NCBI GenBank assembly: GCA_045597145.1
Contig: JAZODU010000042.1
Coordinates: 11,166 to 75,165 of the forward strand
Direction: 5' to 3'
DNA length: 64,000 bases
Source: Eubacteriales bacterium
GTDB lineage: Bacteria > Bacillota > Clostridia > Oscillospirales > CAG-272
In this document: piece after piece, positions 19,469-32,712 of the stretch
How positions within the stretch are numbered: position 1 is the first letter of the stretch
Layout of the letters: every line of letters starts with the position of its first letter
Notes under the pieces: model-generated
Database searches by the model: none
What the model saw: the letters and a program-made list of their open reading frames with translations, nothing else
Told to the model about the DNA's origin: nothing
Position numbers and translations under genes: made by a program

Positions 19469-21523
19469 TCAGCGGCGGCGCGAGCGGCGGTAGCCCCGGA
19501 AGATCAGGATGAATCCGAGCGCGCCTCCCGTGACTGCGGCAAGGATCGTGAAGAAGAGGGCGTAATCGGTTTTCGGGCGGTGGACGCTGATGTCTCTGAT
19601 CCAGAGCCCGAAGTCCTCCGCGGCGACCTCGTCCACCGAATCGTCGGTGCTGACAAGGACCGTCATGACCACGGGCTGTGAGAGGTCGGCGGCGGAGGTA
19701 AAGGCGGAGACGTTGAAGTTGACGTCCTGCCACACGCGCACGGGGGCGTTTGTCTGCGCCTCAAAGCGGATCGGCATGCCGTTTTCATCCACGCCCTGCA
19801 ATTGCAGGATCAGTATGCAGGTTTTGATGTCCGCTTGCTTGTACTGTGCCAGCAGGTGCATCGAGATCGAGGTCGCGTCGCGCAATTCCTTGCCGTCGGA
19901 GAGGATCTTGCGCACGCCCGTCTGTGCGTTTGCGGTGTTGAGCCAGGTGTAAAGCACGGGATCGTCGTATGCGCCCGATTGATAGCCGGAGGGGTTGTCC
20001 TTGGCGGAGAGATCCGAGCCGCCCACGGCGGAGAAATCATACCGCTCGCCTGTCGTAAAGTCGTAAAGAACGGTTTTCTTGCCGCTTCCCGCGCTGAGAT
20101 TGCCCGTGCCCGTGAGCACGCGGTGCGAGATGTTCAGCGAGGCGACCGCATGACCGACCTTCTCGGAGACGGCACTGCAGGCGCGGAGCTGGTCCCCCTT
20201 AAGCCCTGTGTCAATGTTGCGGTACATATCCGCCACGGGGCGCGGTGTGCCGTCTGCGGCGTAAAGCCCTGCGGCATCGTCCTCTTGCGCGCCGTAGAGG
20301 ATCAGGTCGGCGTTGACCGCGGCAGCCTTGGCGTAGGCGTAAGCGAATGCGACCGCCTGCTGCTCGGGATCTGCCGCGGAAAAGGCAAGGTCACAGACAG
20401 CCAAATACAGAGGCTTGTGGCTCTGGCGTGAGAGCGTGTCGGTGAACGCCTTGAGCGTGTCGGGGGTGAGGGTGGTGGCGTCGGCGGTGCCCCAGGGCGT
20501 TTTTTGCGAGGGATCGAGCGTCAGCGCGATGCCCCAATCAAAGCGTGTGTGTCCCGAAAGGCGTGCGCCGACCTGCTTGCAGTACTCTGCGGCGGCGGTG
20601 AGATCGATCTCGGGGCAAGCGACGTAGATGCGCCCCATTGCCACGTTGGAGAGGAGCGCGCAATGCGCCACGGCGGCAAGATGCGCCGTTTCTGCGGCGG
20701 GAAGATCGGTGTCGATCAGGAGCGCGGTCACGATGCCGCGATTGTACTGATCGTAGTGCTCGGTCAGAAAATCAAGAAACGCCGTGCGCAAAAGCGTTGC
20801 CTCGGCGGCGTTGTCGGAGAGGTCGCTCTGCGTGGTGCGCACGCGCAGCGTGACCTGTATGCCCGCGTGATAGGCGGCGTAGACCTGCTCGTCCAGCGAC
20901 GCGAGCACTGTGGCGGAGAGGTAGTAGAGCTTGCCCGCAAAGGTGAACGCTTTCGCGTCGCTCTCGCTCGTATAGTCGGCAAGAGACGCGAGGCTGATGT
21001 CAAGCGTTGCGTGCGCCGTGCCCAGCGCGGCGGCGGTGTTGGCGTCCGACACAGCCAGCCCCTTGGGGGTATCCTTCCAGAGGGGGGCTGTGAGCGATGG
21101 CGCGAGGAGCGAGGGGTTGTCGATCATTTTGGGAACGCTGTTGATCGGCGTTCCGTTCTCGTAGCAGACCACAAATCCCGAATAGAGGCGCGAGCGCGTG
21201 CCGTCGTAGAGGTCGAATTTGAATTTCATGGAGGAGGCGATGGGTGCGTGATCCAGCGCGTTCTTTTTGGCGAGCGTCTTGGCGTTTGCCGTTTCCCCCG
21301 GGCGCAGCTCGTATAGGTAGGCGTTCTCGCCCTCGTGCGCCCGCACGTCGGACAGACCCAGCGTGACCGAGGCGTTGAGCTTTTCCTTTTCGTTCAGGGC
21401 GAGCGAGAGGAATGCCGTAACGGCGAGGGGGTCGTGCGTTTTGGCGCACGCGGCGAGCGGGGCGCACACGAGCATCCACGCGCAAACGAGTGTCAGGGCT
21501 CGTAAGATCCTTCTTTTTTGCAT
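19469..21523 (-). CDS. Secreted/lipoprotein with C-terminal membrane anchor; DUF5722-like glycoside-hydrolase-fold protein
   Basis: Lipobox LAAC; KGL...LGTAHA segment recalled as DUF5722-like (unverified); C-terminal TM followed by RRSRRR. Confidence 0.5.
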   Translation of the reverse strand: MQKRRILRALTLVCAWMLVCAPLAACAKTHDPLAVTAFLSLALNEKEKLNASVTLGLSDVRAHEGENAYLYELRPGETANAKTLAKKNALDHAPIASSMKFKFDLYDGTRSRLYSGFVVCYENGTPINSVPKMIDNPSLLAPSLTAPLWKDTPKGLAVSDANTAAALGTAHATLDISLASLADYTSESDAKAFTFAGKLYYLSATVLASLDEQVYAAYHAGIQVTLRVRTTQSDLSDNAAEATLLRTAFLDFLTEHYDQYNRGIVTALLIDTDLPAAETAHLAAVAHCALLSNVAMGRIYVACPEIDLTAAAEYCKQVGARLSGHTRFDWGIALTLDPSQKTPWGTADATTLTPDTLKAFTDTLSRQSHKPLYLAVCDLAFSAADPEQQAVAFAYAYAKAAAVNADLILYGAQEDDAAGLYAADGTPRPVADMYRNIDTGLKGDQLRACSAVSEKVGHAVASLNISHRVLTGTGNLSAGSGKKTVLYDFTTGERYDFSAVGGSDLSAKDNPSGYQSGAYDDPVLYTWLNTANAQTGVRKILSDGKELRDATSISMHLLAQYKQADIKTCILILQLQGVDENGMPIRFEAQTNAPVRVWQDVNFNVSAFTSAADLSQPVVMTVLVSTDDSVDEVAAEDFGLWIRDISVHRPKTDYALFFTILAAVTGGALGFILIFRGYRRSRRR

Positions 21524-21538
21524 AACGGTATCCTTTAT

Positions 21539-22753
21539 TTAAGAATTTTCGTAGATCCGCCCGACGCGTGCGGAGATGAGGCAGAGGGATTCGTAGTCGA
21601 TCGTGCCTGCGCGTTTCGACAGCGCGCTGAGCTGCTGCGGCGTCTCGCCGAAGAACGTGACGGTGTCCCCGACGCGCGCGTCAATGCCGCTGACGTCGAT
21701 GAAGGTCTGATCCATGCAAACGCGCCCGATCACGGGGACTGCGTGCCGCCCGCTCTCGGTTTGCAGAGTGACCGTGGCGCCGCTGTAGGCGCGCAGGATG
21801 CCGTCGGCGTAACCGATCGGCAGGACGGCAACGGTGCCGTCGCGGTCTGCGACGTGCGCGCCGCCGTATCCGACGCGCTCGCCCTTGAGCAGGGGATGGA
21901 CGTGAATGACGTCCGCCTGCAAGCGCATCACGGGGCGCAGGGGGATCTCCCGATGCAGGTGGTGCGCGCCGCCGTACAAAACGATGCCGAGGCGCACGCC
22001 GTCGAACAGAGGCGGCTCGCCCGTGTCGGTTGCCGTCAGAGCAGCGGCACTGTTGCAGACGTGGTGAAAGGGGATTCTGATGCCGCGTGCGTCAAGGGCA
22101 TCCTTCAGAGCGCGGTATCGAGCGGTCTGAATGCGCGTACATTCTTGCGCGTCCGCTGTTTGTTCGTCTGCTGCGGCAAAATGCGTGAACATGCCGTCAA
22201 CGGACAGCGCGGGGAGGGAGACGGTCGCGGCGACGTCCTCTGCCGCCTGTGCGATCTCGTCGGCGTTATGGGCGCAAAAGCCGATGCGGTTCATGCCCGT
22301 ATCGACCGCGACGTGCGTTCTCACGTGCGTGCCTGCCTTTTGCGCTTCTGCGGCGAGCGCACGTGCATAGTCGGGGGAGAGGAGCGTTTGGATGATGCCC
22401 TCGTCGGCAAGCGTTTGTGCGTTTTTGGGGTCGGTGTATCCGAGGATCAGAACGTCCGCCTCGGCATTCTGCTTGCGGCAGGCGTTGCGGACGGCGAGTG
22501 CCTCCTCAAGGCAGGAAACCGCGAAAAAGTCGCATCCGCATTCCAGCAGTGCGCACACGCACGCGGGTGCGCCGTGTCCGTACGCGTCCGCCTTGACCAC
22601 CGCGATCGTTTTCGCCTGCGGTGCGCGTGCGCGGATACGCGCTTGCAGAGCCGCAAAATTGTGCCGCAGCGCGCCAAGGTCAACGAGTGCGCGTCGGCTC
22701 TCGCTCCCGCCCGCGCTCAGCGATGAATATAAACTGTATTCGATGCTTGCCAC
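21539..22753 (-). CDS. alr: Alanine racemase (start codon uncertain)
   Basis: AVVKADAYGHG, VDTGMNRIG, GYADG, GRVCMDQ, TIDYE. Confidence 0.95.
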   Translation of the reverse strand: MASIEYSLYSSLSAGGSESRRALVDLGALRHNFAALQARIRARAPQAKTIAVVKADAYGHGAPACVCALLECGCDFFAVSCLEEALAVRNACRKQNAEADVLILGYTDPKNAQTLADEGIIQTLLSPDYARALAAEAQKAGTHVRTHVAVDTGMNRIGFCAHNADEIAQAAEDVAATVSLPALSVDGMFTHFAAADEQTADAQECTRIQTARYRALKDALDARGIRIPFHHVCNSAAALTATDTGEPPLFDGVRLGIVLYGGAHHLHREIPLRPVMRLQADVIHVHPLLKGERVGYGGAHVADRDGTVAVLPIGYADGILRAYSGATVTLQTESGRHAVPVIGRVCMDQTFIDVSGIDARVGDTVTFFGETPQQLSALSKRAGTIDYESLCLISARVGRIYENS

Positions 22754-22768
22754 CTCCTTTGGGTCGTT

Positions 22769-22829
22769 GGGGGATCGTGTGGAAGACCTCTTGAAGGAAG
22801 CTTTCCACACCCTTTCAAGAGCTTTCGCC
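22769..22829 (+). repeat. Family A repeat (hairpin part only)
   Basis: GGGGATCGTGTGGAAGACCTCTTGAAGGAAGCTTTCCACACCCTTTCAAGAGCTTTC. Confidence 0.65.
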
Positions 22830-22911
22830 AAATAGATAGATTACCCGCAGAAGGCATTGCTTACATAGCGGTGTCCTCTTTTGCAGGTGCTTGATGGGTA
22901 TTTCGCGTCTA

Positions 22912-22948
22912 TTATCCACATTATACCACGATCGGACAAATATTGCAA
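22912..22948 (-). promoter_or_regulatory. Sigma-A promoter of the alr operon, abutting a perfect DnaA box
   Basis: TTGCAA-17 nt-TATAAT with extended TG; TTATCCACA at 22912-22920. Confidence 0.65.
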
Positions 22949-23058
22949 TCCCCATTTTACATGAATCCGAGAAAATATTCATATAAATAGCATATAAAAC
23001 TGCCAAAAAGCACTCTGTTGCGTTTGGCAAATCCGAACAGGCTTGTGGGAGAGATTCT

Positions 23059-23559
23059 ATGATTCGACAATTTTTGCTGTTTCTGACCCTTTGCGTCGTC
23101 CTTTCCGTCACGGGTTGCGGCGGCTGTCGCGGGGCGGGTACGTCCTATTTTGCCTACCGCGAGGCAGGCTTTTCGGCGGAGATCGGCGGCACGCTTGACG
23201 GGAGCGCGTTTTGCGCCACGGTGGTGCACGACCCGAGCGGCGCGTCCTACATACGCTATTCTGCGCCCGCGTCGCTCGATGGGCTTTGCGTGGAGCTGTC
23301 GCGCGACGGCGTGGCGCGCGCAACTCTGAACGGGCTTTCCTACGTTGCCGATGCCGACACGCTCGCGGGTCTGCTCCGCCCCTTGACCGCCCTCTCGTCC
23401 TGCTCGACCGAGGTGCGCGCGGTACAAAAGCGGGACGGGCGCACCACACTCTCGCTTGCCGACGGTGTCACGCTCACGCTCGCGCCCGACGGGACGCCTG
23501 CGCGCGTGGAATCGCCGCACGTCTGCTTTGACGTGGTGTGGTGGGAAACGACGCAATGA
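23059..23559 (+). CDS. Hypothetical lipoprotein
   Basis: Signal peptide with VTGC lipobox; SD GGGAGA. Confidence 0.6.
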   Translation: MIRQFLLFLTLCVVLSVTGCGGCRGAGTSYFAYREAGFSAEIGGTLDGSAFCATVVHDPSGASYIRYSAPASLDGLCVELSRDGVARATLNGLSYVADADTLAGLLRPLTALSSCSTEVRAVQKRDGRTTLSLADGVTLTLAPDGTPARVESPHVCFDVVWWETTQ

Positions 23560-23990
23560 CCGCGTTTTCGACCCGAAAAATGCGAAAATGACGGGTGGAT
23601 TTGAACAAAAATAGTCAAAATCGTTGTAACTTTATTCAATATGCACATTGACAAGCCTTTGTTTTTGTGATAAAATAATAATGGAATTTTTGATTTTTGT
23701 TTTTGTTGCACAAAAAAATACCAAATGTTTGTGAAAAAAGACCTTGCCTAAAAACGTCGAAAGCCCGATCCGCGCACGCTTTTTGACCGATCTTTTTTCT
23801 TTGTTTAGGCGGAAATGCCGATTTTTGTCGGTGCTTCTGTGCTAAACGACTAAAATTTGTTCAATGTGACGAAAACGCAGAGTCGGCTATTGATTTTTTT
23901 ATAATATATGTTATAATGAAAATGTATAATAGTTTTGCCGCTTTGGATGACGGAAACGGCAAAAGGTGACGTGGAAAGAGGTGGACGTAT

Positions 23991-25448
23991 ATGGAAAACA
24001 ACGAAGTGATGACGCATATTCCCGAGAACGGGGGCTTTGCCTGCGCGGCGGAGACGTTTCACGGGGGAGTGGCGCACCGCGCGTTTGACCTGCTGGGTAT
24101 GCACCGATGCGGCGACCGCGTTGTGTTCCGCGTCTGGCTTCCCGGTGCGGCGCGCGTCAGCCTTTGCGGCGACTTCAACGCGTGGAGCGGTGACGCGACC
24201 CCGATGCAATGCGTGACGCAGGGCGGCATCTGGGAGGCGTCGGTGTCTGCCGACGCGCTCTTTGAGGGACAGTTTTACAAGTATCGCGTGGTGTACGGCG
24301 AGAGCGACAGACTGATCGCCGATCCTTATGCCGCCTGTATGCAGGTGCCGCCCGACACGGCGTCGGAGATCCGCGTGCTCGACGGCTTTGCGTGGAGCGA
24401 TGAGAGCTGGCTTTCCTACCGTGCGCGCCGCTTGTGCCGCGCGGACATCGACGACCGCGCCGTCAACGCCTACCGTCTCTGCCTTGACATGTGGCGCAGA
24501 CACGAGGACGGCACGCGCCTATCCTACGAGGAGGCGGCAGACGAGCTTGCCGTTTACGCCAAGCAGATGGGATACACGCACGTTGAGCCCGTTGGGATCT
24601 GCGCGCCGATCCTCTGCGACGGGATCGTCACGGGCGCGTTCTCGCCCGTTGGGGTCGGTGGCACGCCGCACGCGTTCATGAAATTCGTTGACCGCATGCA
24701 CGAGGCGGGGCTGGGCGTCATTCTCGACTGGACGGTGGCGCGCGACTTGCCCGCGGAGATCTCTCCCGAGGAGCGCAGCTTCCTCTTGTCAAGCGCGGCG
24801 TTCTGGTGTGAGGTCTATCACATTGACGGATTGCGCATGCCGCAAACGGTACATACCGAGGCGGTCGATCGTATGCTGGCGGAGCAATTCCCCGACGTTC
24901 TCTCGGTCATGGAGGGCGCGGCACACGAGAGTGGGGCACAAGCCGCACCGACCGTGGAGGAGTTGCGGGCACGTCTTTTGCACATGATGACCGTTCCGGG
25001 CAAGAAGCGGCTCGTGATGGGCTGTGAGCTCGGTGTGCTTCACTCCTGCCGCGACGCGATCGATTGGTCTCTCGCTGATCAGGATATGCACGCAGGCTTC
25101 CGCGCGTTCACGGCGGAGCTCAATCACTTTTATCTTGAGACCCCCGCGCTCTGGGAGGAATCGGACGACGGCTGCTTTGAAGCTCTCGATGCCCCCGACG
25201 GCGCACTTGCCTACCGCCGCCGCGCTGCCGACGGACAGACGCTGACGGTGCTGATCAATTTCACGCCCGAGGCACAGCCCTTTTCGGTGGCAGTTCCCAA
25301 GGCGGGCACCTATGCGGCGGTGCTTGACACTGCCGACGCGCGCTTTGGCGGCGAGGGAAAGCCCCTCGGCACGCTTGAAAGCGCAAACGGCGAGGCACTG
25401 ACGCTCTCGCTTTCCCCCATGCGTGCAATCGTGCTCGCACGTCGGTAA
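23991..25448 (+). CDS. GlgB-like (CBM48 plus GH13) protein, degenerate and probably non-catalytic
   Basis: FRVWLP, GDFNAW, YKY, DPYA, MGYTHVE, GVILDW match GlgB, but the IDGLRVDAV motif reads IDGLRMPQT and SHDE is absent. Confidence 0.75.
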   Translation: MENNEVMTHIPENGGFACAAETFHGGVAHRAFDLLGMHRCGDRVVFRVWLPGAARVSLCGDFNAWSGDATPMQCVTQGGIWEASVSADALFEGQFYKYRVVYGESDRLIADPYAACMQVPPDTASEIRVLDGFAWSDESWLSYRARRLCRADIDDRAVNAYRLCLDMWRRHEDGTRLSYEEAADELAVYAKQMGYTHVEPVGICAPILCDGIVTGAFSPVGVGGTPHAFMKFVDRMHEAGLGVILDWTVARDLPAEISPEERSFLLSSAAFWCEVYHIDGLRMPQTVHTEAVDRMLAEQFPDVLSVMEGAAHESGAQAAPTVEELRARLLHMMTVPGKKRLVMGCELGVLHSCRDAIDWSLADQDMHAGFRAFTAELNHFYLETPALWEESDDGCFEALDAPDGALAYRRRAADGQTLTVLINFTPEAQPFSVAVPKAGTYAAVLDTADARFGGEGKPLGTLESANGEALTLSLSPMRAIVLARR

Positions 25449-25491
25449 CGGATCCAATTTAATCACATATATACAGGAGGTAAACCACGCT

Positions 25492-26676
25492 ATGTTCAAA
25501 AAGAAAGAATGCGTTGCCATGCTGTTGGCGGGCGGACAGGGAAGCCGTCTTTACGCATTGACCCAAAAAACCGCGAAGCCCTCTGTTTCCTACGGCGGAA
25601 AGTACCGTATCATCGATTTTCCGCTCTCCAACTGCATCAACTCCGGCGTCGATACCGTCGGCGTGCTGACGCAGTACCGTCCTTTGCTCCTCAACGAATA
25701 CATCGGCAACGGCTTGCCCTGGGATCTTGACCGCACCTACGGCGGCGTGCAGATCCTCGCTCCCTATCAGGGACAGAGCGGCGCCGACTGGTACAAGGGA
25801 ACCGCAAACGCCATCTGGCAGAACATGGAGTTCATCAACCGATACGATGCGAAGTACGTTCTGATCCTGTCGGGCGACCACATCTATAGAATGGACTATG
25901 CAAAGATGCTGGCGTACCACAAGGAGACCGGCGCGGACTGCACCATTGCGGTGCTTGACGTTCCGCTGGAGGAGGCAAGCCGCTTCGGTATCATGAGCAC
26001 CAACGAGGACGGCTCGATCTACAAGTTCACCGAAAAGCCCAAGAACCCCGACAGCACCAAGGCGTCGATGGGTATTTATATCTTCACCAAGGATAAGCTT
26101 CAGGAATATCTTGAGGCAGACAGCAAGGATCCCGAGTCCGCCAACGACTTCGGTAAGAACATCATTCCCAACATGCTCGCAGCAGGCGAGAAGATGATGG
26201 CGTACTCCTTTGAGGGATATTGGAAGGACGTCGGAACGATCCGGTCGCTGTGGGAAGCCAACATGGATCTTTTGGGCGACAACCCGGTTCTCTCGCTCGC
26301 AGAGGAATCCTGGCGCATCTACTCGCGCCACACCGCACAGCCGCCGCAGTTTGTCAGCAAGGACGCAACGGTTGAGAACGCGTCCGTCACCGCAGGCTGC
26401 GAGATCTACGGAACGGTTCGCAACAGCGTGCTGGGTGCGGGCGTTTACGTTGGCAAGGGTGCTGTGATCGAGGACAGCGTGCTGATGAACGGCGTGCGCG
26501 TTGAGGACGGCGCGACGGTCAAGTACGCGATCCTTGACGAAAACGTTACCATCGGCAAGAAGTGCACCGTCGGCGAGGATCGCGCGACGGCAGAGGGCAT
26601 CGCAGTGGTCGGTGCGGGCATCAACGTGGGTGAGGGCAAGACCGTTCCCGCGGGTGCTATGATCTCGGAAATGTAA
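25492..26676 (+). CDS. glgC: Glucose-1-phosphate adenylyltransferase
   Basis: [37 protein letters not shown]. Confidence 0.97.
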   Translation: MFKKKECVAMLLAGGQGSRLYALTQKTAKPSVSYGGKYRIIDFPLSNCINSGVDTVGVLTQYRPLLLNEYIGNGLPWDLDRTYGGVQILAPYQGQSGADWYKGTANAIWQNMEFINRYDAKYVLILSGDHIYRMDYAKMLAYHKETGADCTIAVLDVPLEEASRFGIMSTNEDGSIYKFTEKPKNPDSTKASMGIYIFTKDKLQEYLEADSKDPESANDFGKNIIPNMLAAGEKMMAYSFEGYWKDVGTIRSLWEANMDLLGDNPVLSLAEESWRIYSRHTAQPPQFVSKDATVENASVTAGCEIYGTVRNSVLGAGVYVGKGAVIEDSVLMNGVRVEDGATVKYAILDENVTIGKKCTVGEDRATAEGIAVVGAGINVGEGKTVPAGAMISEM

Positions 26677-26689
26677 GGAGGGCGAAGAA

Positions 26690-27823
26690 ATGACTGCAGC
26701 AGGATTGATTTTTTCCAATATTCATGACCAGAGCATTCCCGAAATGACGCGCAGACGTACCATGGCGAGCATTCCGTTCGGTTGCCGCTACCGTCTGATC
26801 GATTTCACGCTTTCCAACATGGTCAACTCCGACATCACCAACGTGGGTGTCATTACCCACTACAACTATCAGTCGCTCATGGATCACATCGGCAACGGCA
26901 AGGACTGGGATCTGGCGCGCCGCTCGGGCGGTATCAAGATCCTGCCCCCGTACGTCACCGCGTATGAAAACTCCGCGGCGGGCAAGCTGTACGAGAACCG
27001 CCTTGAGGCTCTGATGGGATCGGTCAACTTCATCAACCGTTGCGGCGCGGACTACATTGTGCTCAGCGACTGCGACGTGATCATGAACATCGACCTCTCC
27101 GCCGTGATCGACGAGCACGTGCGCTCGGGCGCGTATATCACGCTCGTGGCAAAGAAGGTGGACGTGAAAAATTCGCTCTTTGACAAGAGCGTGGATATCC
27201 TGACGCTTTCCGACGAGGGTCGCGTGACCGACATCGAGTACACCATGCCCAAGAAGGGTCAGTGCTACGTCAATACCAACCTCATGGTCATCAGTCGCAG
27301 CGATCTGCAAAGTATCGTTTCGGATTCCATCGCGCACGGCTATAAGAGCTTCTCGCAGGATATTCTCAAAAAGCAGCTTAAAAAGAAGCTGATCCGCGCG
27401 TACTGCTTCGACGGCTTTTGCGCGTGCGTGTCCTCTCTGGAGAATTACTTCAGCACGTCTATGATGCTTCTGGAGGACGACGTTCGCCGCGACCTCTTCT
27501 CCAACACCGACCGCAAGGTCTATACCAAGATCCGCAACAGCGCACCCACCAAGTACGACAGCACGGCGTGCGTTAAGAACAGCATGATCGCAGACGGCTG
27601 CACCATCGAGGGCACCGTGGAGAACTGCATCATCTTCCGCGGCGTCCACATCGGTAAGGGCACCGTGGTCAAGAACAGTATCCTGCTTCAGGATACCTAC
27701 GTCGGCACCAACGCACGCCTCAATTGCGTTATCACCGATAAAAACGTCGTCATCAAGGACGGCAGAAACCTCTCCGGCTACGACACCATGCCCTTCTTCA
27801 TCGGCAAGGGTGTAATGGTTTAA
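26690..27823 (+). CDS. glgD: ADP-glucose pyrophosphorylase subunit GlgD
   Basis: PFGCRYRLIDF, DHIGNGKDWDL; follows glgC. Confidence 0.93.
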   Translation: MTAAGLIFSNIHDQSIPEMTRRRTMASIPFGCRYRLIDFTLSNMVNSDITNVGVITHYNYQSLMDHIGNGKDWDLARRSGGIKILPPYVTAYENSAAGKLYENRLEALMGSVNFINRCGADYIVLSDCDVIMNIDLSAVIDEHVRSGAYITLVAKKVDVKNSLFDKSVDILTLSDEGRVTDIEYTMPKKGQCYVNTNLMVISRSDLQSIVSDSIAHGYKSFSQDILKKQLKKKLIRAYCFDGFCACVSSLENYFSTSMMLLEDDVRRDLFSNTDRKVYTKIRNSAPTKYDSTACVKNSMIADGCTIEGTVENCIIFRGVHIGKGTVVKNSILLQDTYVGTNARLNCVITDKNVVIKDGRNLSGYDTMPFFIGKGVMV

Positions 27824-27837
27824 GCTGATTTGCGAGA

Positions 27838-28368
27838 AGGATCGGGGGAAAGGACTTTTTGAAAAAAGTCCTCTCCCCGTACCCCTCTCTCAAAAACTTT
27901 CACCAACAAGTGTTTTGCTGCCCTCGGCATACACGCTTACAAAGTGTTTCCCACTTTCGTGCTCTGCGTGGTGAAAGTCCGTTCGTGCGGTACAGATTTT
28001 ACTGTATGGGAATGTTGATCGCGCAGACGGAAAGGTGCTCCCGATAGCACTTGGGCCTCACATCCCAAGCGCTCCACTTGTTTAGCTTGCCGTTGGCAAG
28101 CAATGTTGTAATGAAAACTATCTGCCTCTGCCGATTCACGCACAAGCATCATTACGGGCGAGCGAACGGCAGTGAGCTATCAGATTGCGAGGTAAAAACA
28201 GACTCTGTACTGCATTAAGGACTTTCACCGAGCACTTATAAACGAGGGTACACAATGTTGGCAAGCCCTTGGTAGGAAAGTAAAAAATCCATGTAGGTGA
28301 AAGTTTTTGAAGAGGGGGTACGGGGGGGAAAACTTTTTTCAAAAAGTTTCTCCCCCGACGCATCCCCC
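27838..28368. repeat. Two inverted copies of the family A composite repeat
   Basis: Copy on + at about 27838-28005 and copy on - at about 28195-28368, each with hairpin, CTTTCACC/GGTGAAAG arms and a TGC[AG]GTACAGA tail. Confidence 0.8.
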
Positions 28369-28392
28369 CAAAAAAACGAAAGGAACAACAAC

Positions 28393-29826
28393 ATGAAAAA
28401 AATCTTATACGTAGGCGCGGAGGCGATGCCTTTTGCGGCGACGGGGGGACTTGGCGACGTCATGGGCTCGCTGCCGGCGGCACTGGCACGCACGGGCGAG
28501 GCGGACGTGCGCGTAGTGATGCCTCTGTACGGCGCGGTCAAGGACGAGTGGCGCAAACAGATGAAGCAGGAGGACGTATTTTACGTGGATCTTGCTTGGC
28601 GTCAGCAGTACTGCGGCGTGTACAGCCTTGAAAAGGACGGCGTGACCTACTACTTTATCGACAACGAATATTATTTCAAGCGTCCCGCGCTGTACGGCTT
28701 TTTTGACGACGGCGAGCGGTATGCGTATTTCTGCATGGCGGTCATGGAGATGCTGGGAAGATTGCAATATTTCCCCGACGTGCTCCATGCACACGACTGG
28801 CAGTCGGCACTGTCGGTGGTCTACCTCAACTGCATCTACCGCGGACGCCCCGGCTACCGCGCGATCCGCACGGCGTTCACCATTCACAACATCGAGTATC
28901 AGGGGCAGTACGATTTCTCGATCCTTGGCGACGTGTTTGCGCTGGGCGAAAACGAGCACACGCTCATGGAGCACGGCGGCTGCATCAACCTGATGAAGGC
29001 GGCTGTGGAGTGCGCCGACTGCGTCAGCACCGTCAGCCCGCGCTACGCGGAGGAGATCAAGTCGGCGGAGTATGCGCACGGGCTTGAGGCTTGCCTCTGC
29101 CGCAACGCGTATAAGCTGTCGGGTATTCTCAACGGCATCGACTACGACTACTACAACCCCGAAAACGACCCTGCGATCGCGGCGGCGTTCACCTGCACGC
29201 GCCTTGCCGGCAAGGGCAAGGACAAGGCGGCAATGCAGAAGGAGGTCGGGCTTTCCGCACGCGCGGACGTGCCGCTTCTTTCGGTCATTTCGCGTCTGGC
29301 GGCACACAAGGGGCTTGACATCGTGTCCGAGTGCATCTGGGACATCGTTGCAAACAACGACGTTCAGCTCATTATTCTTGGCAAGGGCGAGGAGCGATAC
29401 GAAAAGCTGTTCTGCGACCTGCAGGCGGCGTATCCCGAAAAGGTGCGCGCGCTGATCACCTACGACCGCGACCTTTCCAAGCGTATCTACGCGGCAACCG
29501 ACATCTTCCTCATGCCCTCCAAGAGCGAGCCCTGCGGACTTTCGCAGATGATCGCATCGCGTTACGGCGCGATCCCCGTGGTGCGCGAAACGGGCGGACT
29601 GTACGACTCGATCAAGCCCTACTGGGTCGAGGGCGACACCATTCACGGCAACGGCTTTACTTTTGCCAACTACTCCGCGGCGGAGCTGCGTGAGAGAACC
29701 GAGGCGGCGGTGGCTCTCTGGAACGATTCCAAGGCGCGTCGGAAGCTGGTGCAGAAGATCATGAAAACCGACTTCTCCTGGAACACCTCGGCGCAGAAAT
29801 ATCTGGAGATGTACGCAAGGCTTTAA
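28393..29826 (+). CDS. glgA: Glycogen synthase
   Basis: PFAATGGLGDV, HAHDW, TIHNIEYQG, GILNGID, EPCGLSQM, RETGGL. Confidence 0.96.
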   Translation: MKKILYVGAEAMPFAATGGLGDVMGSLPAALARTGEADVRVVMPLYGAVKDEWRKQMKQEDVFYVDLAWRQQYCGVYSLEKDGVTYYFIDNEYYFKRPALYGFFDDGERYAYFCMAVMEMLGRLQYFPDVLHAHDWQSALSVVYLNCIYRGRPGYRAIRTAFTIHNIEYQGQYDFSILGDVFALGENEHTLMEHGGCINLMKAAVECADCVSTVSPRYAEEIKSAEYAHGLEACLCRNAYKLSGILNGIDYDYYNPENDPAIAAAFTCTRLAGKGKDKAAMQKEVGLSARADVPLLSVISRLAAHKGLDIVSECIWDIVANNDVQLIILGKGEERYEKLFCDLQAAYPEKVRALITYDRDLSKRIYAATDIFLMPSKSEPCGLSQMIASRYGAIPVVRETGGLYDSIKPYWVEGDTIHGNGFTFANYSAAELRERTEAAVALWNDSKARRKLVQKIMKTDFSWNTSAQKYLEMYARL

Positions 29827-30008
29827 GCGGGACGTGTTAAGCGGGACGGTGGGCAAGCCTCTCAGTGATGACACGATAAAAAATGCGGTGCTGACATAAA
29901 ATGGGAGTACCGCTCCATTGCATAAATTACAAACAAAAAAATATTATTTTTAACGCTTTCCCGCAATCGCGGGGGAGTGACACGATACCCATAGGAGGCT
30001 CATTTGTT

Positions 30009-32438
<2,430 letters not shown>

Positions 32439-32604
32439 TGGTTTTGAGGGGAAGGACCTTTTTTCAAAAAGGTCCTTCCCCTCACCTGTCTCCAAAAGCT
32501 TTCATCACATGGGGTATTGCTACCCTCGGCAGGAACCGCTGACACAGCGGTTCCTTTTTTCGTGCGGTGAATGGTGAAAGCTGTTTATGCAGTACAAATT
32601 TTGG
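32439..32604 (+). repeat. Family A composite repeat with terminator
   Basis: GGGGAAGGACC-TTTTTCAAAAA-GGTCCTTCCCC; AGGAACCGCTG-aca-CAGCGGTTCCT plus T-run; GGTGAAAG; TGCAGTACAAATTTT. Confidence 0.8.
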
Positions 32605-32712
32605 CTCGCGGCGCACAAACAAAAAAGGGCGCGCTCATAGGGTGATGTCCTTAGCGGAGAATTTATACAAACAGAAAAGGAAACAAGGTTAAATGCCCTG
32701 TTTCCTTTTCTA

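Noticed and set aside
23600-23900. Possible Rex/CcpA-like sites (TGCACA/TGTGAA half-sites) before the glycogen operon
   Set aside because: Too degenerate within an AT-rich region to assign by eye
28296-28368. Resemblance of family A to group II intron domains V/VI
   Set aside because: No catalytic AGC/CGC-triad domain V hairpin and no maturase
28429-28460. GlgA KTGGL motif reads ATGGL
   Set aside because: I recall this variant in other clostridial GlgA proteins and the other motifs are intact; not evidence of inactivation
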